From Acidobacteriota bacterium (GTDB lineage Bacteria > Acidobacteriota > UBA6911): DNA of 64,000 bases. The notes below the pieces were generated by a model. The model did no database searches and was not told the origin of the DNA. It saw only the letters and a list, made by a program, of their open reading frames with translations. The position numbers and the translations under genes were made by a program. Below are positions 37,346 through 45,999 of the stretch, piece by piece (position 1 is the first letter of the stretch; every line of letters begins with the position of its first letter). The stretch is from positions 2,336,001 through 2,400,000 of the forward strand of contig OY761556.1 of the NCBI GenBank assembly GCA_963664705.1, given 5' to 3'.

Positions 37346-38029
37346 CTATTTCACACCGTTAAAGAAAACCTGCTCTACTTCCCTGAACTTTTCCTCGATT
37401 CGCGCATCGATGTCTCCGCAATCCGTCTGAATAAGACATCCGCCACGTTCAATCGATTTGTCTGCCTGCAGGGAGATGTCGCGGCCTTCGATCTGGGACA
37501 ACTCTGAGCGCTGGGCGATCAGATAATTGTAATCCACGGGATTCAGGTGTACCGTCACGGCAGACTTCTCGGCGACGTGACTCAACGCGACACGAACAAG
37601 CGTCTGGATGATCTCGTTGTCAATCTGGACTTCTCTGTAAACGATCTTCTTGGCAACCTCGATCGACAGTTTCACGACCTCGCGTTCGACTTGCGCATGA
37701 AGAAATGTCCGGAGTTTCTCAAGTTCCAGAATGGAATCGCTGTACCGCCTCATTACCGCTTCCATTTTTTGTTCGGCGATTTCCAGGCCGGCCTTTTCTC
37801 CATGGATAAACCCATTTTCGTAGGCGGTTTTTTCGAGCTGGGCCAGATCTACAGCAGGAGTCATCGGCTCAATCGCCACAGGTTCGGCAACTGGTGCGGC
37901 CTGGGCGGTTGCTTCAGGCATCGACAGCTCCTGGAACTCCGGCATCTGTTCAACCGCATCCTGCGTAAACCGAAACTGTCGAACAGTAGTAGAGCGGGTC
38001 GAACCGGCCTTGATTATCTTGAGTGTCAT
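37346..38029 (-). CDS. fliH: FliH
   Basis: AYENGFIHGEKAG GxxxG repeats, GGCLIQT.CG.IDA. Confidence 0.93.
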   Translation of the reverse strand: MTLKIIKAGSTRSTTVRQFRFTQDAVEQMPEFQELSMPEATAQAAPVAEPVAIEPMTPAVDLAQLEKTAYENGFIHGEKAGLEIAEQKMEAVMRRYSDSILELEKLRTFLHAQVEREVVKLSIEVAKKIVYREVQIDNEIIQTLVRVALSHVAEKSAVTVHLNPVDYNYLIAQRSELSQIEGRDISLQADKSIERGGCLIQTDCGDIDARIEEKFREVEQVFFNGVK

Positions 38030-38035
38030 AGGTCT

Positions 38036-38066
38036 ATTGACGATTACCGATTGACGATTGACGATT
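38036..38066. repeat. tandem heptamer (ATTGACG)x4
   Basis: ATTGACG ATTACCG ATTGACG ATTGACG ATT between fliG and fliH. Confidence 0.85.
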
Positions 38067-38097
38067 TGTTTCCATACTCAAAACCACATATTTCAGG

Positions 38098-39111
38098 TTA
38101 GCTGATATATTCATCACCGGTACCGCCCTTAAGGCTGATCACACCGCTTTCATCGAGTTTGCGCACGACGCTGACAATCTGCTGCTGTGATGTTTCGACA
38201 TCCCGGACTTTGATTGGCCCCAGAACGTCCATGTCTTCGCGCATCATTTCAACCGCCCTGGCGGACATATTCCGGAAGAACTGATTCCGCAGTTCCTCAC
38301 TGGTTCCCTTCAGCGCGATGGTGAGGGCTTTTTTATCCACACGCTGCAATATTTCTCGCATTCCGGCGTCGTCGATGAGGAGCACATCATCAAACACAAA
38401 CATCAGGTTTCGAATGCTCAGCGCCAGTGCAGGATTTTCGCCTTCTACTTTTTCGAGAATCGCTGCGGCAGCCTTTGTTTCCATCCGGTTGATCAACTCT
38501 GCCACGGCTCGGATGCCACCATAGGATTCGCGGCTGAAATCGCCGAGAGATCGCAGTTTTTGTTCCAGGATCGAGGTGATCTTGCTGATGACATCGGGAG
38601 AAATCTGCTCAAGATTGGCCATGCGCATCACAACATCCGCTCGAAGCGCCGACGGCAATGAACTCAACAGGGCAGCGGCCTGCGACGAATTCAGATGCGC
38701 CAGGACCAGCGCAATGGTTTGTGGCTGTTCCGACTGGATGAATTTTGACAATTGTACAGGATCGGCTTTCTGCAGATTGTCAAAACCCACCAAAGTGTTC
38801 TGCATCGAGATATTCAGGTAATCCAGCAGTTTTTTGGAGGATTCGGCGCCGAAGGCTTTCACCAGCAATTTCTTCGCAAAATCAGGGCCTCCCCTGGCCA
38901 GGAAAGCCTGCGCAAGAGACAGCCGGTAGAAATCCTCGAGAACTGATTCCGCGATCTCGGGTGTAATTTCCCCAAGACGAGATATTTCTTTGCTGACTTC
39001 CTGAATCTCATCCTCCTGCATGTAGCGGAAAATCCCGGCACTGGATTCATCCCCGAGCAAGACCATGAGAATTGCTGCTTTGCGAGCACCTGTCATTTGA
39101 GCTTGTGCCAC
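38098..39111 (-). CDS. fliG: rotor protein
   Basis: KAAILM, EQPQTIA, MFVFDD, NMSARA..MREDM. Confidence 0.97.
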   Translation of the reverse strand: MAQAQMTGARKAAILMVLLGDESSAGIFRYMQEDEIQEVSKEISRLGEITPEIAESVLEDFYRLSLAQAFLARGGPDFAKKLLVKAFGAESSKKLLDYLNISMQNTLVGFDNLQKADPVQLSKFIQSEQPQTIALVLAHLNSSQAAALLSSLPSALRADVVMRMANLEQISPDVISKITSILEQKLRSLGDFSRESYGGIRAVAELINRMETKAAAAILEKVEGENPALALSIRNLMFVFDDVLLIDDAGMREILQRVDKKALTIALKGTSEELRNQFFRNMSARAVEMMREDMDVLGPIKVRDVETSQQQIVSVVRKLDESGVISLKGGTGDEYIS

Positions 39112-39114
39112 GGT

Positions 39115-40872
39115 CTATGCCTTTTCCTTTAATAGAGAGCGGATAAGCTGAGACAGCATTTCGGGATCCTTTTTCGCTTTCTCGGTAAGTTTCTTCTTGA
39201 TAACCGCATATTTGCGTCCGCCGCTTTCGACCATATTGGCTTCCCGGATCAGTTCCTGTTCGATCTGCTCATCCGTGGCCGCCTGCAAGGCCGTCATTTC
39301 CTCAACATTGGATTCCGCAGCGGGAAGGCTGCCGGCATCGGCGGACCCGGCTGGAAGTTCGTCCAGTTGCCTTTCTCCCGGCAGTGCCAGGGTTGCAGCT
39401 TCACCAATCAGATGCGGCGCTGCAGTTTCCCCAGTGCGGAGAGCCGCTACCGACATAGCCTCAAAAACCTTCTTGTGAACCGGACGGAAGAGGAAAAGAT
39501 ATGCCAGGACAAAAAGCAGGAGAAACGAGCCATACTTCAGAGCCAGCATTCCATAGGGCTGCGATTGAAATCGGATATACCATGGTGATGTCGGCTGCTG
39601 CTCCTCCGGCATGGAGTCGGAATAAAAAGGAACATTTTCGATCGTGACAACATCGCCGCGCTGCTGGTTGAAGCCCACAGCCGCAAGAACCAGTTGCCGA
39701 TACGCTTCAATATCCTGCGGCGTACGTGCTTCCGATTTGGAAGTGACTTTTCCATCCTTTGATTTGCTGTAGACGGTCTTGTGATCAAGGATCACGGCAA
39801 CGGACAATCTTCGGACCGTTCCCTTCGGCTGAACAACGTGGCGAACGAGTTTGTTGACTTCGTAGTTGGTCGTCTCGCTCTGGCGTTCATTCGAAGCTGC
39901 CGAGCTTGCGGTAGCTGGCGGATTGGCAGTCCCTATATTCGACTGCGTACCGGGAACACCGGAAGGAACCGCGGACCCACCTGAACGCTCCTGGCTTTTC
40001 TGCTGACTCATTATTATCTGCGGATTCGGATTGTAGGTCTCTTCCATTTGTTCTGTTGAATTGATATCCAGGTCGATCGATGCATTGGCATGGACCTTCC
40101 CTTTGCCGACAAGGGGCTCCAGAATCGAAATGACTTTCCCGGACATTTCCTTCTCGTACTGCTCCCGGAGACTGGATTCCATCTCGGCTCGCGCTCCATC
40201 GCCTGATTCCACGGACTGTGAAAGGAGGCGGCCTTCGTCATCCACGATGGACACATTGTTTCGATGCAGCCCGGGAACCGCTCCCGCCACAACTCCCTTG
40301 ATTCCGGCAACTCCGGTCTTTGTCAGTTCCGCTCCGCGCCTGAGGCTCACGACCACGCTTGCCTTGGCATCTTCCTTCTTTTCATCAAATATCGAGTCTT
40401 TCGGAAGTACGATGTGGACTCGAGCCTGGGAGATTTCCGCGAGATTCGAGATCGTGCGCGCCAGTTCTCCTTCGAGGGCCCGCTGAAGATTCACCTGCTC
40501 GGTGAAGTCGGTCATTCCAAACTGGTTTTTGTCAAATATCTCGTAGCCTACCCGTCCGCTGCGCACGGAGCCGCCAATCTCGAGCTTCAAATTTTCAATT
40601 TCTGTTTTGGGAGCCGCAACCAGAATGGAATTCCCTTGAACCCGATATGCTTTCTTCTGCTCCTTTAATTTCTGGACCACAGCTTGCGCATCTTCCGGGT
40701 TGAGATCCGACCAAACAGGCTCGTACTCTACGCGATTCATGAAATATACGATTGAACCAACTAGCGCCAATCCGAGGACCCCGGAGATAATGATGGTAAG
40801 CCGCTGCGGCCATAGCAGGCGGTTCCACATTTCCATGAGCTGATTCACGAAGGTTGGGCGATTGCCGGACAT
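39115..40872 (-). CDS. fliF: MS-ring protein
   Basis: GYEIFD..FGMTDF, RALEGELARTI, ARVHIVLP, ASVVV. Confidence 0.97.
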   Translation of the reverse strand: MSGNRPTFVNQLMEMWNRLLWPQRLTIIISGVLGLALVGSIVYFMNRVEYEPVWSDLNPEDAQAVVQKLKEQKKAYRVQGNSILVAAPKTEIENLKLEIGGSVRSGRVGYEIFDKNQFGMTDFTEQVNLQRALEGELARTISNLAEISQARVHIVLPKDSIFDEKKEDAKASVVVSLRRGAELTKTGVAGIKGVVAGAVPGLHRNNVSIVDDEGRLLSQSVESGDGARAEMESSLREQYEKEMSGKVISILEPLVGKGKVHANASIDLDINSTEQMEETYNPNPQIIMSQQKSQERSGGSAVPSGVPGTQSNIGTANPPATASSAASNERQSETTNYEVNKLVRHVVQPKGTVRRLSVAVILDHKTVYSKSKDGKVTSKSEARTPQDIEAYRQLVLAAVGFNQQRGDVVTIENVPFYSDSMPEEQQPTSPWYIRFQSQPYGMLALKYGSFLLLFVLAYLFLFRPVHKKVFEAMSVAALRTGETAAPHLIGEAATLALPGERQLDELPAGSADAGSLPAAESNVEEMTALQAATDEQIEQELIREANMVESGGRKYAVIKKKLTEKAKKDPEMLSQLIRSLLKEKA

Positions 40873-40923
40873 TCTGGAAGCTCCAAACTAATATCGACCC
40901 GCACAGAACGGGTCTGTCTATGG

Positions 40924-41226
40924 TTAAACCTGCATCCGCATGATTTCCTGATACGCCTGTACGATCTTGTTTCGAACCTGCATCATCATCTGAAAGGAGA
41001 GATCCGCCTTTTGCATGGCAATGACAGTCGTGTGCAGATCCTTCGACTCTCCCGTCATCAGCTTCTGTATCTGCTGATCCGATTGCTTCTGAACTTCATT
41101 CACGGTCGAGATGGCATCTTTCAGCATTTCACCGAAACCTGAGCTATTCCCGCCTTCACTCCTGGGGAGCTTCATTTCGGGCATTTGCAGCTTGGGATTA
41201 AGTGGACCAATGATGATCTGTTCCAT
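40924..41226 (-). CDS. fliE: FliE
   Basis: KADLSFQMMMQVRNKIVQAYQEIMRMQV. Confidence 0.97.
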   Translation of the reverse strand: MEQIIIGPLNPKLQMPEMKLPRSEGGNSSGFGEMLKDAISTVNEVQKQSDQQIQKLMTGESKDLHTTVIAMQKADLSFQMMMQVRNKIVQAYQEIMRMQV

Positions 41227-41236
41227 TGACTTACCT

Positions 41237-41662
41237 CTACCTGAGTATCTCTAGTGTCTTCTGTTGCATTTCTTTGGCCATGTTTACGGCCTGAAGGTTT
41301 GCCTCGTACGACCGCGTGGCCGACATCACGTTGACCATTTCTTCCATGGGGTTGATGTTCGGATACAAAACGTTGCCGTCCTTGTCGGCATGCTCGTGGC
41401 CGGGCTCATGCTTTTTAATGGGATCGCTTTTGTCGATCGTGACATTTGTTATCTCGACACCCTGGACCGCCGCATCCAACGCATCGCCGAAGGAGGCCTG
41501 CGGCGTTGTCGCGGTGAACACAACATCCTTCCGTCTATACGGATCGACTCCGGCAGGTCTGGTTGTCTGGGCGTTCACGAGGTTGCCGACCAGCACTTCC
41601 AATCTCCGACGCTGTGCAGTCAACCCCGAGGCTCCCACTTCAATAGCGGTCATCAGACTCAT
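41237..41662 (-). CDS. flgC: rod protein
   Basis: SGLTAQR, PYRRK, ATRSYEAN. Confidence 0.97.
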   Translation of the reverse strand: MSLMTAIEVGASGLTAQRRRLEVLVGNLVNAQTTRPAGVDPYRRKDVVFTATTPQASFGDALDAAVQGVEITNVTIDKSDPIKKHEPGHEHADKDGNVLYPNINPMEEMVNVMSATRSYEANLQAVNMAKEMQQKTLEILR

Positions 41663-42072
41663 TATGCCCTCCCTTCGTTGATGCTGCTGGCGATGGTCCT
41701 CAGCTTTCCCCGCACAATCTGCGACATCAGGGAATAGCCAAAGGATGTTTCGCTGAGCTTCAGCATTTCCGAATCCAGGTCCACATTGTTTTTGTCATTA
41801 CGAGATGTAAGCCCCTGCACCTCAAAGACCTGTGCTTGGCGAGGCACGGGGATCATGCTGGCTCTGTGTTCCGGGCGCGTTGCCCGCAGATCTGTGGAAT
41901 CCTCCAAAAGCAGTTCCTGCATGGTTGCATGAAAGGTAATGTCTTTTGTCTTGTACCCGGGAGTGTCAATATTTGCCAGATTGGAGGCGACAATTTGTTG
42001 ACGCTGGGAAAGGCGGCTCATGTACGCAGTCGCCGCATCTAGCGTCTGGTTCTGGATAAAGTCGACTTTCAT
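41662..42072 (-). CDS. flgB: rod protein
   Basis: ASNLANIDTPGYK, NNVDLDSEM; ATG 42072 with SD GGAGG. Confidence 0.96.
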   Translation of the reverse strand: MKVDFIQNQTLDAATAYMSRLSQRQQIVASNLANIDTPGYKTKDITFHATMQELLLEDSTDLRATRPEHRASMIPVPRQAQVFEVQGLTSRNDKNNVDLDSEMLKLSETSFGYSLMSQIVRGKLRTIASSINEGRA

Positions 42073-42115
42073 TCGATTTCCTCCGTTCGCCCCATTACAT
42101 CGGGCACACTCATTA

Positions 42116-42131
42116 AGCAAAAGACATGCCA
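42116..42131 (-). promoter_or_regulatory. sigma54 promoter of flgB-fliK operon
   Basis: TGGCATGTCTTTTGCT. Confidence 0.85.
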
Positions 42132-42249
42132 AAAACCAAACTTGATCGCATTTCCCTTAATTTCGTGCTGAATCCAGAATCCAGGCGCCTTCCCGGCAAT
42201 CCTTTTTTTTTTGAAGAAAGAAGTCTATTAGCCACGACTAGACCAGAAC

Positions 42250-43623
42250 CTAAGCTGAAAGTGCATGGGGCTGGGCAGTTTTTGCCTGCCTGTCCTGGAG
42301 TCCAAACTCGTTCAGTTTGTTTCGCAAGGTTCGAAGACTGATTCCCAGGCACCTGGCAGCCTGTGTTCGATTCCCACCCATATCCTCAAGCGTTCGACAA
42401 ATGAGCTGCCGTTCCATTTCCCGCATGGTCACTCCTGCCGAGAGCCCTATCTCCGACGGTTTAGCCGGCGGCTCACAGGTAGAACTGTCCGATATGGGCA
42501 GGAGCAAATCCTGGACTTGGATAATGGATCCGGCACAAAGGGTAGCCGCTCGCTGAATGGTATTCTCCAGCTCTCTGACATTGCCTGGCCAGCAATGCCG
42601 GATCAGCTTATTCAGCCCTTCTCTGCTGATCGCGATTCCGTTCTCGCTTCGATTCCTGCCATAGCGCTTGCAGAACAGATCCACGAGAAGCGGAATATCC
42701 TCCGGCCGTTCCCGCAAAGGAGGAATTGTCAGACGGACAACATTGAGGCGGTAGTATAGGTCTTCGCGGAATGCCCCCGCTTGCACCTGCTGACGGAGAT
42801 CCCGGTTGGTGGTCGCAATGACGCGGACATCGATTTCGACCGGGTCTTTGCCGCCAATGCGATCGACCTCCCTTTCCTGCAGCACGCGCAGGAGCTTTGC
42901 CTGCAGAATCGGCGCCATTTCGCTGATTTCATCCAGAAGCAAGGTCCCATGGTGGGCCAGCTCGAACTTACCAGGTTTGGACATGTTAGCGCCGGTAAAG
43001 GCGCCTTTTTCAAAACCAAACAGCTCGCTTTCGAGCAGACTCTCCGGAAGTGCAGCGCAGTTGACCGCAATGAAGGAATTGGACGATCTCGGGCTTTTTG
43101 AATGGACCATCCGCGCCAGCAATTCCTTGCCGGTCCCGCTCTCAGCTTCAATCAAAATGGTTGCATCGCTTGCGGCAGCCTGCTTCGCCTGCTGCAGCGT
43201 TCGCGAAAATGCCGGGTCCTGGGTGATAATTGTCCTGGACGCCCGCTCATTCTTTTTGCTGGCCGCATTCAGTGTCCTGCGGACAACCGACTCAAGGGAC
43301 TCTGCGGAAAACGGTTTCAACAGATAATCGGAGGCACCGTCCCGCATGGCATCCACAGCGTTCTGAATTGTTCCGTATGCCGTGAGAAGTATCACAGGAG
43401 TCTGTGGAGCCATGTTTTTAACCCTGCGAAGCAGATCGATACCACTTATCTCCGGCATACGCATGTCGGTAATCACAAGCTGGTAGTATTTTTCTTTCAG
43501 CTTGGTCAGCGCCTCCATTCCGCTCCCTGCGGTGGTGACACTGTAGCCGCTGCGACGCAGCGTTTCGTGAATCGCAATGAGCATCTGCGGTTCATCATCG
43601 ACAACCAGCAATTCCTCTTCCAT
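42250..43623 (-). CDS. sigma54 response regulator (FleR/FlrC/FlgR-like)
   Basis: REC + ESGTGKE + GAFTGA + Fis HTH (ISLRTLRNKL). Confidence 0.93.
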   Translation of the reverse strand: MEEELLVVDDEPQMLIAIHETLRRSGYSVTTAGSGMEALTKLKEKYYQLVITDMRMPEISGIDLLRRVKNMAPQTPVILLTAYGTIQNAVDAMRDGASDYLLKPFSAESLESVVRRTLNAASKKNERASRTIITQDPAFSRTLQQAKQAAASDATILIEAESGTGKELLARMVHSKSPRSSNSFIAVNCAALPESLLESELFGFEKGAFTGANMSKPGKFELAHHGTLLLDEISEMAPILQAKLLRVLQEREVDRIGGKDPVEIDVRVIATTNRDLRQQVQAGAFREDLYYRLNVVRLTIPPLRERPEDIPLLVDLFCKRYGRNRSENGIAISREGLNKLIRHCWPGNVRELENTIQRAATLCAGSIIQVQDLLLPISDSSTCEPPAKPSEIGLSAGVTMREMERQLICRTLEDMGGNRTQAARCLGISLRTLRNKLNEFGLQDRQAKTAQPHALSA

Positions 43624-43626
43624 GCC

Positions 43627-44916
43627 CTATTCCTTTGCCGTTTCATCACCAAATGTGATGGTAAAGGTCGTACCCTGATTGACTCCGCTCGAGACACGGA
43701 TCGTCCCGGCATGCTTCTGGACAATCTGGTGAACCACCGAGAGTCCCAGTCCTGTTCCGTTTTTGTTCGTCGTGAAAAATGGGTCGAAGATCCGGCTCAG
43801 GTTTTCCGCCGGAATGCCGATTCCCGTATCCCGGATCTGCAGTTCCAGAGCACTGCGCCCTTCCGGGGATTTTGCAGGAACATTCCTCGTTGCAATCGTC
43901 AGGGCTCCCTGGGAAGGCATCGCCTTCATCGCATTGAAAATGAGATTGAGCATCAGCTGCTTCAATAGTTCATGATCTCCGGATATCACGGCATGGTCCG
44001 CCGACAGGTTTGTTTCCACCCTGACCTGGCGCTGCTGCATGATGGCTTCGGTAAATTTCAATATTTCCTGAATCACTTCGTGAACGTTGATGTCCGACAG
44101 AAACGGCAGCCCGGGATTCGCGAACTGAAGCATGTTTGACACGATCGTATTCAGCGAACGGATGCCAATTCGTATGTTCTCCGCCCAGCGTTTCATGTCT
44201 CCGGAGAGATCCTTGACGAGAAGCGAAGCGAAGAGCTCAATGCTGCCAAGCGGATTCCGGATCTCATGAGCCAGTTCAACCGCCATTTCACCCATTGCGG
44301 ACAGGCGTTCCACACGTTTTCCCTGTTCCTGCAGCGCCTTCATTTCGGTAACATCGCGCAGAATGTGAAGCGTTCCAAGCTTCGCCCCGTCTTCGTCGGT
44401 CAACGGAGTGCCGGATGTCGCCAGCGTCCGCTCAACGCCTGCCTGAATAAAGGGCACCTCCACCTCCGCACCGTGCGCGCCGGTCTCAATGGAATCGGCA
44501 AGGTACCTGCGCATTTCCGGCTTGAGAAATGGCCGGGAGCGCCGGGCCGATGGTTTGCGGCCATTCTGCTCAAGCAGCTGCAATGCCATTGGATTGCAAA
44601 GCTGCGGCTGTCCCTTCACATCAAGAACCAGAACCCCACATGGAAGTCGCTCCAGAATGGTTCGCAAGTAGCTTTGGGCTGCTTGCTTCTCCTTCAGACT
44701 GGTCTCCAGTTCCGCATTTTTGGCCGCCAGCTCCTCGCTCAGCTTTTGAGCGTGCGCCTGCAACTGAATGAAGGCTGTCTCCAGCGAGCTGGAGGCATTG
44801 GTGAACATTTCAAAAGCCTGCAGCAGCAGTTTCGTCTCGCCCGGTTCCATTGCCTGACAGGCATGGAGGGCCTCCGCTTCAATGTTTCCGGCTATGCTTG
44901 TAATTTCCGTCGCCAT
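43627..44916 (-). CDS. soluble PAS histidine kinase (FleS/FlrB/FlgS-like)
   Basis: LLQAFEMF...LE N-helix, LAHEIRNPL, FDPFFTT, GTGLGL; no TM. Confidence 0.92.
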   Translation of the reverse strand: MATEITSIAGNIEAEALHACQAMEPGETKLLLQAFEMFTNASSSLETAFIQLQAHAQKLSEELAAKNAELETSLKEKQAAQSYLRTILERLPCGVLVLDVKGQPQLCNPMALQLLEQNGRKPSARRSRPFLKPEMRRYLADSIETGAHGAEVEVPFIQAGVERTLATSGTPLTDEDGAKLGTLHILRDVTEMKALQEQGKRVERLSAMGEMAVELAHEIRNPLGSIELFASLLVKDLSGDMKRWAENIRIGIRSLNTIVSNMLQFANPGLPFLSDINVHEVIQEILKFTEAIMQQRQVRVETNLSADHAVISGDHELLKQLMLNLIFNAMKAMPSQGALTIATRNVPAKSPEGRSALELQIRDTGIGIPAENLSRIFDPFFTTNKNGTGLGLSVVHQIVQKHAGTIRVSSGVNQGTTFTITFGDETAKE

Positions 44917-44983
44917 TCAAACTCTCCAGGAATTATTGATTCCCCGCAGTTCTGCACTCGAGGGAATCCCAGACAAGTCCATA

Positions 44984-44999
44984 GGCAATCCCCGTGCCA
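44984..44999 (-). promoter_or_regulatory. sigma54 promoter of kinase-regulator pair
   Basis: TGGCACGGGGATTGCC; IHF-like TATATTATTGATT at 45029-45041. Confidence 0.85.
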
Positions 45000-45112
45000 T
45001 TGGCGGCAGGAAGTTCTGTTTTTTGCGCTATATTATTGATTTATAAATAGATATTCAGGCTTTGGTTTACGTACGACCGGGGAAGACGATTGGAGCCCAA
45101 TGGGCTTAGAGA

Positions 45113-45126
45113 GTCAATTTGTTGAC
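45113..45126. promoter_or_regulatory. FleQ-box-like enhancer
   Basis: palindrome GTCAATTTGTTGAC about 115 bp upstream of the sigma54 site. Confidence 0.6.
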
Positions 45127-45192
45127 GTTGATCGAATGGCGGCGTTGACGCCTATCAGGACTGTCCGGAAGAGAACTTCTGCAAACAAGGAA

Positions 45193-45798
45193 TCAGAAAT
45201 CCGATGCCGGCGAGTAGTTCACCGCACCCGGAGAAGGAGATCCACTCCTGCGGGCGTGAAGGCTCAAAAGCTGATCCAGTTTGCCGGTCGCTTCCTTGAG
45301 CTGTCTCTTGATTTCTTCGTAGGATCGCACTATTTCCGAGCGCTCAGACTGAACGCGATTGATCTGCTGGTAAAGTTCCTGCAGCCGCAGCGAAAGGCGT
45401 GCATTCTCTTTCGACAACGTGATTCGCTCGATCATGTTGCGGATTAAAACTCCGATCTCATTGAGCGAAAAAGGTTTAGCGATATAGTTGTAGGCCCCCA
45501 GGCGAATGGATTCTATTGCCGTATCCATGGAGGCATACCCCGTGATAATCGTAACTAGCGACTCCGAACTTCGCGCGTGAGCCGCGCGCAAAACATCCAT
45601 TCCGCTCCCGCCCGGTATTTTGAGATCTGCCAGCACCAAATCATAGGGAATGGCTTCGTTTCTCAGCATAGCCTGTGCTTCACTGGCGCTGGTTGCAGAT
45701 CGGACGATAACGCCCATCTTCGATATGTATTCGGTAAGAGCTGCCCCCAAATCTACATCGTCATCGACGATGAGTACGCTGATATCGGTCGTTGCCAT
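45193..45798 (-). CDS. receiver domain + coiled-coil protein, no output domain
   Basis: IVDDD, LADLKIPG, ITGY, AKPF, then heptad helix. Confidence 0.85.
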   Translation of the reverse strand: MATTDISVLIVDDDVDLGAALTEYISKMGVIVRSATSASEAQAMLRNEAIPYDLVLADLKIPGGSGMDVLRAAHARSSESLVTIITGYASMDTAIESIRLGAYNYIAKPFSLNEIGVLIRNMIERITLSKENARLSLRLQELYQQINRVQSERSEIVRSYEEIKRQLKEATGKLDQLLSLHARRSGSPSPGAVNYSPASDF

Positions 45799-45905
45799 GT
45801 AGCACCATATCGGCATGGATAAGATTCGGAATAGCTCTCCTTTCGGATAAACATGATTCTTTTGAGAACATTGTGACCATAGTCACGAAATAACACGTAT
45901 TTTTG

Positions 45906-45935
45906 TTGACAAATGTGAATTATGTGAGATATATA
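45906..45935 (+). promoter_or_regulatory. sigma70-type promoter of FleQ-like regulator
   Basis: TTGACA-N18-TATATA in AT-rich divergent spacer. Confidence 0.5.
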
Positions 45936-45999
45936 AAATACATCAACAAGCTGAATTCTATTACAAGCGCAGTGAACTCATTCCTTGGGAATAGGGACT

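Noticed and set aside
38098-39111. Degenerate rotor implying a decaying flagellum
   Set aside because: FliG charged residues intact; no frameshifts or pseudogenes seen in the cluster
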